A DNA stretch of 39,723 nt from an uncultured Thermodesulfobacteriota bacterium (lineage in GTDB: Bacteria; Desulfobacterota; Deferrisomatia; Deferrisomatales; JACRMM01). Shown here one piece after another: positions 18,383 to 25,023 of the stretch. Below the pieces are notes generated by a model. It was not told where the DNA came from. It did not search any database and saw only the letters and a list, made by a program, of their open reading frames with translations. How positions within the stretch are numbered: position 1 is the first letter of the stretch; every line of letters starts with the position of its first letter. The position numbers and the translations under genes are program-made. The DNA lies in NCBI GenBank assembly GCA_964528225.1, contig CAZGRT010000001.1:1-39723 (forward strand), written 5' to 3'.

Positions 18383-19717
18383 ATGCGAACGATCCGAGCC
18401 CCCCACCGAACCGGCGTGGTCTTCTTCCCGGCCTTCGACTGGGCCATCTCCCCCACCCACCCCGAGCGCGAGGAGCGGCTCCTCTACACCCGGGACCAGA
18501 TCTTCGAGGAGGGGCTCCTCGACGTGGAGGGGATCGAGGAGTTCACCCCCTCCGTGGCCACCCTCGAGGACATGGAGCGCGTGCACACCTGCTACCCCTC
18601 CAGCCAGGCGGTCGTCAGCTCCTCCCACCGCATCTCGGCGGGGGGGGCGATCACGGCCGCCCGCAAGGTCCTCTCCGGGGAGGTGGAGCGGGCCTTCGCC
18701 CTGGTGCGGCCCCCGGGCCACCACGCCCGGCGGGTGGTCCACGGACTGCGGGGGTTCTGCATCGTGAACATCGAGGCGGTGATGATCGAGCACGTGCGCC
18801 GCCACGTGCGGGACATGCGGGTGGCCATCGTCGACACCGACTGCCACCACGGCGACGGCACCCAGGACGTGTACTGGAACGACCCGGACACCCTGTTCAT
18901 CTCGATCCACCAGGACGGCCGCACCCTGTACCCGGGCACCGGGTTCCCGGACGAGTTCGGGGGCCCGAACGCTTACGGGACCACCCTCAACGTCCCCCTT
19001 CCCCCGGGCACCAACGACGAGGGGCTGCTCCACGTCATAGACCACTTCGTGCTCCCCGTGCTGGAAGACTGGAAGCCCGACCTCATCGTGAACTCGGCCG
19101 GCCAGGACAACCACTTCACCGACCCCATCACGGACATGTCGATCACGGCCCAGGGGTACGCCGCGCTCACCCGCCGTCTCCGGCCCCACGTCGCCGTGCT
19201 CGAGGGGGGCTACTCGGTGCAGGACGCTCTCCCCTACGTGAACACGGGCATCCTGCTGGCCATGGCGGGCCTCGACACCGGCGCCCTGATCGAACCCGAC
19301 TACCAGCCGGAGCTCTTCCCCAGCTCCGAGCGGAACCAGGAGTACATCCGGCGCCTGTCCGAGGCGCTCCTCGAGAAGTACCGCCACCGGGACGCCCTCA
19401 AGGAGAAGGCCTTCGGGGGCAAGATCCACCACGAGGAGATGCGCCAGGTGTTCTACGACGGCGCGGGCATCACGGAGAACCAGAAGGAGCGCGTCCGGAT
19501 CTGCGGAGACTGCGCCGGGGTGGTGACCCTGGAGAGCTGGGTGGGGGGCCGCGGCAGGCTCCTGGCCGTGGAACTGCCCCGCCGCTGCTGCCTGCGGTGC
19601 CGCGAGGAGGGCCTGCAGGCCTACCACGCCGCGAGCCTGGGGGACCTGTCCCTGGTCGAACTCCGGGACCGGGAGGCCGACCGCGTGGAGCGGAAGAGCG
19701 TCTTCGACGGCGTGTAG
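18383..19717 (+). CDS. Histone deacetylase/acetylpolyamine amidohydrolase family enzyme with a Cys-rich C-terminal extension
   Basis: 444 aa. The signature is complete: RPPGHHA, DTDCHHGDGTQ and LEGGY. An extra ~120 aa follow the core, carrying CGDC...CCLRC. Confidence 0.85.
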   Translation: MRTIRAPHRTGVVFFPAFDWAISPTHPEREERLLYTRDQIFEEGLLDVEGIEEFTPSVATLEDMERVHTCYPSSQAVVSSSHRISAGGAITAARKVLSGEVERAFALVRPPGHHARRVVHGLRGFCIVNIEAVMIEHVRRHVRDMRVAIVDTDCHHGDGTQDVYWNDPDTLFISIHQDGRTLYPGTGFPDEFGGPNAYGTTLNVPLPPGTNDEGLLHVIDHFVLPVLEDWKPDLIVNSAGQDNHFTDPITDMSITAQGYAALTRRLRPHVAVLEGGYSVQDALPYVNTGILLAMAGLDTGALIEPDYQPELFPSSERNQEYIRRLSEALLEKYRHRDALKEKAFGGKIHHEEMRQVFYDGAGITENQKERVRICGDCAGVVTLESWVGGRGRLLAVELPRRCCLRCREEGLQAYHAASLGDLSLVELRDREADRVERKSVFDGV

Positions 19718-19722
19718 CCCGG

Positions 19723-19744
19723 CGGGAGGGAGGGGGGCCTCCCG
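19723..19744. terminator. Hairpin between the convergent HDAC-fold gene and pgm, a possible bidirectional terminator
   Basis: CGGGAGG (19723-19729) pairs with CCTCCCG (19738-19744) around an 8-nt G-rich loop. It sits in the 42-nt gap between the two stop codons. There is no U-tract. Confidence 0.35.
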
Positions 19745-19759
19745 TGGACGGCCCCGCCC

Positions 19760-21412
19760 TCAGGCCCCGGCCGCTCCGAAGGCGTCGGCCACGATGGCCC
19801 TGGCCTCCTCCTGGATGCGGCGCAGGTGCTCCGGGCCCCGGAAGCTCTCGGCGTAGATCTTGTAGACGTCTTCCGTCCCCGAGGGGCGGGCGGCGAACCA
19901 GCCCCCTTCGGTCACGACCTTGAGCCCCCCGATGGGCGCTCCGTTGCCCGGAGCCCGCGTCAGCTTCTCGCGGATGGGGTCGCCGGCCAGTTCCCTCGCC
20001 CTCACGTGGTCCGGCGACAGCTCCTTGAGCGCCGCCTTCTGGCGCGACGTGGCCGGCGCGTCGATCCGTTCGTAGACCGGGCTCCCGAAGCTCGCCTCCA
20101 GGTCGCCGTACAGCTGCCCCGGGTCGCGCCCGGTGCGCGCCGTGATCTCGCACGCCAGGAGGTCGAGGAGGATGCCGTCCTTGTCGGTGGTCCAGACCGT
20201 GCCGTCCCGCCGCAGGAACGACGCCCCGGCGCTCTCCTCCCCGCCGAAGCCGACCGACCCGTCGAGCAGCCCGCCGACGAACCACTTGAAGCCCACCGGA
20301 ACCTCGCACAGCCGCCGTCCCAGCGACGCGGCGACGCGGTCGATCATCGAGGTGGAGACCAGGGTCTTTCCCACCGCGGCCTCCGGGCTCCAACCGGGAC
20401 GGTTCCGGAACAGGTAGGAGATCGCGACCGAGAGGTAGTGGTTGGGGTTGAGCAGACCCCCGTCCCGGGTGACGATGCCGTGCCGGTCCACGTCCGCGTC
20501 GTTCCCGAAGGACAGGTCGAACCGGTCGCGAAGCCGGATGAGGCCCGCCATGGCGTGGGGCGAGGAGCAGTCCATCCGGATCTTTCCGTCCTTGTCCACG
20601 GTCATGAAGGAGAAGGTCGGGTCCACGACCCGGTTGACCAGGTGCAGGTCGAGCCGGTAGCGGTCGGCGATGGGGTCCCAGAAGTCCACCGACGCGCCTC
20701 CGAGGGGGTCCACTCCGATCCGAAGGCCCGCGCCGGCGACGGCCTCCAGGTCCACCGCCTGCCCGAGATCGTCCACGTAGGAGCGCACGTAGTCGTGCTC
20801 CCGGACGTTCCCGGACCGCAGCGCCCGCTCGTAGGGAACGCGGCGCACCGCGGAGATCCCCCCGGCGAGGAGCTCGTTGGCCCGGGCCTCGATGGCCTGC
20901 GTGGTCTTCGTGTCGGCCGGCCCGCCGTCGGGGGGGTTGTACTTGAAGCCGCCGTCCTCCGGCGGGTTGTGGGAGGGGGTGATCACAACCCCGTCCGCAG
21001 GCGCGGAGGTGCGGCCGCGGTTGTACGTGAGGATGGCGTGGGAGACCACCGGCGTCGGGGTGAACCGGAGCCCCGGCTGTACCAGCACGGTGACGCCCCA
21101 GGCACCGAGAACCTCGAGGGCGCTCCGGAGGGCCGGCTCGGAGAGGGCGTGGGTGTCGCGGCCCAGGAACAGGGGACCGGTGACGCCCGCCCTCCGACGG
21201 TGCTCGCAGATGGCCTGGGTGACCGCCAGGATGTGCGCCTCGTTGAAGCTCCGGGCCAGGGAGCTCCCACGGTGCCCCGACGTGCCGAACGAGACCCGCT
21301 CCGCCGGCTCGCCCGGGTCGGGCTCCAGGGTGTAGTACGCCGAGACCAGGGCGGGGATGTCGGCGAGCAGCGAGCGGGGTGCCGGCTGACCGGCCAGTTC
21401 GTGGAGAGCCAC
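19760..21412 (-). CDS. pgm: Phosphoglucomutase, alpha-D-glucose phosphate-specific
   Basis: 550 aa starting at a GTG. The N-terminus (M)[30 protein letters not shown] aligns from residue 1 with E. coli Pgm as I recall it. The active-site region is TSGHRG, and GDADVDRHG-like and GEESAG loops are present. Confidence 0.95.
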   Translation of the reverse strand: MALHELAGQPAPRSLLADIPALVSAYYTLEPDPGEPAERVSFGTSGHRGSSLARSFNEAHILAVTQAICEHRRRAGVTGPLFLGRDTHALSEPALRSALEVLGAWGVTVLVQPGLRFTPTPVVSHAILTYNRGRTSAPADGVVITPSHNPPEDGGFKYNPPDGGPADTKTTQAIEARANELLAGGISAVRRVPYERALRSGNVREHDYVRSYVDDLGQAVDLEAVAGAGLRIGVDPLGGASVDFWDPIADRYRLDLHLVNRVVDPTFSFMTVDKDGKIRMDCSSPHAMAGLIRLRDRFDLSFGNDADVDRHGIVTRDGGLLNPNHYLSVAISYLFRNRPGWSPEAAVGKTLVSTSMIDRVAASLGRRLCEVPVGFKWFVGGLLDGSVGFGGEESAGASFLRRDGTVWTTDKDGILLDLLACEITARTGRDPGQLYGDLEASFGSPVYERIDAPATSRQKAALKELSPDHVRARELAGDPIREKLTRAPGNGAPIGGLKVVTEGGWFAARPSGTEDVYKIYAESFRGPEHLRRIQEEARAIVADAFGAAGA

Positions 21413-21422
21413 GGCGGCCGCC

Positions 21423-22169
21423 TCAGCGACCCTGGGCCTGGTTCGCCACCGCCTTGGCCGCGGCCTCCGCCGCCGCCGCGTCGCCCAGGTAGTACCGGCG
21501 CAGGGGCGTGAGGTCGTCGTCGAGTTCGTAGACCAGCGGGATTCCGGTGGGGATGTTCAGTTCCACGATGTCCTCGTCGGACATCCGGTCGAGGTGTTTC
21601 ACGAGGCCTCGGAGGCTGTTCCCGTGGGCCGCGATGACCACGCGCCGGCCGGCCCGGATCTGCGGCACGATGGTCTGCTCGTAGTACGGAAGGGTTCGGG
21701 CCACCGTGTCCTTGAGGCACTCCGAGGCCGGAAGCTGGTCCGGGGAGAGATCGGCGTACCGGGGGTCCGTGCCGGGATGACGGGGATCGTCGGACTCGAG
21801 GGGGGGCGGGGGCACCCCGTAGCTCCGTCGCCAGATCTTGACCTGGTCCATGCCGTGGCGTTCGGCCGTCTCGGCCTTGTTGAGCCCCTGGAGGGCCCCG
21901 TAGTGCCGCTCGTTGAGACGCCACGTGTTGTGCACGGGGATCCACATGAGGTCCATCTCCTCCAGCGCCAGCCACAGGGTCTTGATGGCCCGCTTGAGCA
22001 CCGAGGTGTACGCGACGTCGAACACGTACCCTTCCTGTCGAAGCACGCGGCCGGCCTGCAGGGCCTCCTCCGTCCCCTTCTCCGAGAGCCCCACGTCCGT
22101 CCAGCCCGTGAAACGGTTCTCCCGGTTCCACACGCTCTCCCCGTGCCGCAACAGGACCAGCTTCTTCAT
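21423..22169 (-). CDS. gpmA: 2,3-bisphosphoglycerate-dependent phosphoglycerate mutase
   Basis: 248 aa: [32 protein letters not shown]. It has the RHGE catalytic motif and later AAHGNSLR. Confidence 0.97.
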   Translation of the reverse strand: MKKLVLLRHGESVWNRENRFTGWTDVGLSEKGTEEALQAGRVLRQEGYVFDVAYTSVLKRAIKTLWLALEEMDLMWIPVHNTWRLNERHYGALQGLNKAETAERHGMDQVKIWRRSYGVPPPPLESDDPRHPGTDPRYADLSPDQLPASECLKDTVARTLPYYEQTIVPQIRAGRRVVIAAHGNSLRGLVKHLDRMSDEDIVELNIPTGIPLVYELDDDLTPLRRYYLGDAAAAEAAAKAVANQAQGR

Positions 22170-22225
22170 CGTCCGTTTCCTTTCCCGCGCCGCTGCGTGC
22201 GGCGCCTCCGGCGGCCTGCGCCCCC

Positions 22226-23701
22226 CTACCGGGACACGGGCCGACCCAAGTCGATCAACTCCATCCGGTGATTGGTGTCCGGGTGTTTGGACGACGGCCC
22301 CTCGGTGAGAAGGACCAGCTCGCCCTCCATCCCGTGCCGGCGAAGCCACTGCCTCGCGTACGTCCGCCAGTCCTCCGGGTGGTCCGGCTCGTGCACCGGG
22401 TGGACGCCACAGGAGAACTGGAGGCCCCGGCACGTGGCCTCCCTCGAACTGACCGCCACGACCCACACCGGAGGGCGGAAGCGGGCGATGTTGCGGGCGG
22501 TGGTTCCCGTTCGGGTCGGCACGAACACGGCCGCCGGGGTAACCCGGCGCAGGGCCCCCTCGACGCTCCACGCGAGGAGATCCGAGAGCCGGCGGGTCCC
22601 CTGGGCGAAGGCATCCTCGCCCTCGGCGTCCCCGAGTCTGCGGCGGTGAGGCTCCACCGCGGACGCGATCCGGACGAGCATCTCGACGGCCTCCACGGGG
22701 TAGCGTCCCATGGCCGACTCCCCCGAGAGCATGACGCCGTCCGTGCCGTCCAGGATCGCGTTGGCCACGTCGGTCGCCTCCGCCCGCGTCGGGCGGCGGC
22801 TCGCGGTCATCGACTCCAGCATCTGGGTCGCCGTGATGATCGGCTTCCCGAGGCGGTTGGCCTTCCGCATCAGCCGCTTCTGCACGAGGGCGATCTGCTC
22901 GATGGGGATCTCCACGCCGAGGTCCCCCCGGGCGATCATCACCCCGTCCGCTTCTTCCAGGATGGCGTCCACCCGGTCGAGCGCCCTCGCCCTCTCGATC
23001 TTGGCGATCACGAACGGGGCGTGCCCCGCTGCGGCTGCAGCCTCCCGCACCGCCCTCACGTCCTCGGCGCCCTCCACGAAGGACTGGCTGACCGCGTCGA
23101 CCCCGTGGGCCAGGGCGAACGCCAGGCACCGGCGGTCCTCGTCGGTGAAGGCGCGGATTCCCAGGTCCACGCCGGGCAGGTTGAGGCCCTTGCGCGACCG
23201 CAACTCGCCTCCCGCGCGGACCAGACAGCGGACCTCTCGCGGTCCGGTCTCGCGGACCTCCAGCTGGATGAACCCATCGTTGAGGAACAGCGCGTCTCCC
23301 GGCTTCACCACCCGGGGGAGGCGCTCGAAGCTCACCGAGGCGAGGTCCGGGCCTCCCTCCACCTCGTCCACGGTGAGGGTGAACTCCTGCCCGCTGCGCA
23401 GCTCGATCGGCTCCTGCGCCAGGCGACCGATGCGGAGCTTCGGCCCGGGCAGGTCCGCCATGATCGCCACCCGCCGGCCCGCGACGCGCTCCGCCGCGCG
23501 GACCCTCTCGATCGTCCGGCCGTGGCTGGCGAAGTCGCCGTGGGAGAAGTTCAGTCGCACCACGCTCATGCCCGCGTGGATGAGCCGGACCAGGACCTCC
23601 TCCGAGTCCGACGCGGGCCCCACGGTGCACACGATCTTGGTCTTGCTCGGCGGCGGCACTCCGCCCGCTGCCACGGCAGGTCCTCTCGCTTCGGCCGGCA
23701 T
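22226..23701 (-). CDS. pyk: Pyruvate kinase
   Basis: I prefer the ATG at 23701 because GGAGAGGGG lies just upstream. Motifs are [22 protein letters not shown] and [12 protein letters not shown]. 491 aa. Confidence 0.95.
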   Translation of the reverse strand: MPAEARGPAVAAGGVPPPSKTKIVCTVGPASDSEEVLVRLIHAGMSVVRLNFSHGDFASHGRTIERVRAAERVAGRRVAIMADLPGPKLRIGRLAQEPIELRSGQEFTLTVDEVEGGPDLASVSFERLPRVVKPGDALFLNDGFIQLEVRETGPREVRCLVRAGGELRSRKGLNLPGVDLGIRAFTDEDRRCLAFALAHGVDAVSQSFVEGAEDVRAVREAAAAAGHAPFVIAKIERARALDRVDAILEEADGVMIARGDLGVEIPIEQIALVQKRLMRKANRLGKPIITATQMLESMTASRRPTRAEATDVANAILDGTDGVMLSGESAMGRYPVEAVEMLVRIASAVEPHRRRLGDAEGEDAFAQGTRRLSDLLAWSVEGALRRVTPAAVFVPTRTGTTARNIARFRPPVWVVAVSSREATCRGLQFSCGVHPVHEPDHPEDWRTYARQWLRRHGMEGELVLLTEGPSSKHPDTNHRMELIDLGRPVSR

Positions 23702-23891
23702 CCCCTCTCCCATTTCGCGTGCACCCCGCGGGGCCTGCGCCCCGCCCCGGCTCCCGGGGCGGGTTCCCGGTTCTGTACCACGGCCGCCATGGCCCGTCCA
23801 GTAGGCGGCGCCCGGCGGGCCGGAGGGGTTGGCGCTTACCGGGTTTCCATGGACAATGGCGGGCCAGGCGGCACGACGATCCGGAGGCTCC

Positions 23892-24344
23892 ATGGCCCCG
23901 TGGCTCTATCTGACCCTGGCGATCGCGGCGGCAATCTCGGCGGGCGCACGTCCCCCGGCCGCGGAGGCGTTCTGCTTCGAAGAAGCCGCCGCACGCTACG
24001 GCCTGCCCCCGGACCTGCTGCGCATCGTGGCGGAGACCGAGTCAACCCTCGACCCCGACGCCGCCGGCTGGAACGCCGACGGGTCGGTGGACGTGGGCCT
24101 CATGCAGATCAACTCCTGGTGGGAACCCCGGCTCGGCACCGAACGCTGGAACGCAGTCTGCACCGACCCCTGCTACAACGTCACCGTGGGGGCGTGGATC
24201 CTGGCCGACTGCCTTCGGCGCCACGGCTACACGCCCGAGGGGATCGGCTGCTACAACGCCCTCAGCCCGGAGAGGCGCGCCCGGTACGCGCGGACCGTTC
24301 TCCAGGCCTACTTCGCCCGGCCCCCCCGGTCCACCCCTCCCTGA
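23892..24344 (+). CDS. Small secreted lytic transglycosylase (SLT domain, IagB/IpgF-like)
   Basis: 150 aa. GGAGG lies 4 nt before the ATG at 23892. The signal peptide is [19 protein letters not shown]. The catalytic region AETESTLDP...[14 protein letters not shown] and a later CYNA match family-1 lytic transglycosylases. Confidence 0.8.
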   Translation: MAPWLYLTLAIAAAISAGARPPAAEAFCFEEAAARYGLPPDLLRIVAETESTLDPDAAGWNADGSVDVGLMQINSWWEPRLGTERWNAVCTDPCYNVTVGAWILADCLRRHGYTPEGIGCYNALSPERRARYARTVLQAYFARPPRSTPP

Positions 24345-24391
24345 CGCCGTCCCCTCCCCGACGACCGTCCACCGCCAGGTCGACTTCGCAC

Positions 24392-24418
24392 GAACTTCTA
24401 TTTCTCACGAACTTCTCA
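24392..24418 (+). promoter_or_regulatory. Candidate ECF/sigmaE-type promoter (GAACTT-16 nt-TCTCA) built from a tandem CACGAACTTCT repeat
   Basis: GAACTT lies at 24392-24397 and TCTCA at 24414-24418, with exactly 16 nt between them. This compares with the E. coli RpoE consensus GGAACTT-N16-TCnAA as I recall it. It sits in the most AT-rich part of this intergenic region. Confidence 0.3.
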
Positions 24419-24456
24419 TGTGGGCCTCATGTTCGTTTCATCTTCCGCCGATAGAA
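24409..24456. repeat. Copy B of the bipartite intergenic motif shared with 7346-7390
   Basis: GAACTTCTCATGTGGG, 18 nt, then TTCCGccGATAGAAT. The block order and the TTCCG-NN-GATAG spacing match copy A. Confidence 0.5.
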
Positions 24457-24526
24457 TTCCCCACGTACCGTGAAGACGAAGGGATCGGGCGAGTGTGGCA
24501 GCTCCCCGGCCCAATGAACGGTGCGA

Positions 24527-24590
24527 CTTCCTCCTCCTCTTCCTCCTCTCGTTGAACGGGGCCGCTTCGGCGGCCCCGTTCGACGTTTGG
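24527..24590 (+). ncRNA. Candidate 3' module of a small RNA or long 3' UTR: a 24-nt pure pyrimidine tract plus a UUCG-capped terminator-like hairpin
   Basis: 24527-24550 reads CTTCCTCCTCCTCTTCCTCCTCTC. At 24554-24581, GAACGGGGCCGC, a TTCG loop and GCGGCCCCGTTC form a perfect 12-bp stem with a C(UUCG)G loop. GACGTTTGGGGTT follows. Confidence 0.4.
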
Positions 24591-25023
24591 GGTTCCCCTG
24601 GCTGAGGACACCGCGCTCTGCCGCGCCCACCGAGATCTTCCGCCGCGCGGTCCCCTGCGCGGTCACGTGGTTCGTGGAGCGCGCCGCCAGCATCTTGGCC
24701 CTCCGGCCACGCACGAAGGCTCGCGCAAGAACCTTGGGAAGGGACGGGGCGGCGCATCCGACCCGGCAACCGGCATCGGCTGCCGGTCGAGCCTCCACGG
24801 CAGGCACCCGACCACGTCTCCGCTGCGGCGACCCGGCCCCCCGCCCCACTCCGGAGATGGCCGTGCTCACGGCCTGCCACACTCCAGCGGACCTTGGCAC
24901 GGCGCATGCGTAGGAATACGGGCAACTTGGTCCCCAACCGGCCCGCCCCCCGCGGGCTCGCGGTCGGACGCGTTCCCCGGGGAACCACCCCGGCCGGCGG
25001 GACCTCCGAGAAAGGCGGGCCTC

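Noticed and set aside
24700-24900. A riboswitch (c-di-GMP-I or cobalamin) in the leader of the lipoprotein gene. The cues were CACGCACGAAGGC...GGGACGGGGCGGC and GCCACAC.
   Set aside because: The conserved cores (GGCAAACC and GGACGCAAAGCC for GEMM-I, the GCCACUG B12 box with its flanking helices) are not present. The resemblance is limited to a few GC-rich bases.
24416-24988. The minus-strand ORFs across the 24345-25023 gap. One frame reads ...AARSTNHVTAQGTARRKISVGAAERGVL, which faintly recalls the YHVTxRGNxRxxIF core of IS200-like/REP-associated tyrosine transposases.
   Set aside because: Only a handful of residues match. The catalytic HxH and Tyr regions that should follow are absent in every frame. 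The rest of the translation is not protein-like. At best it is a heavily decayed relic and is not supportable.
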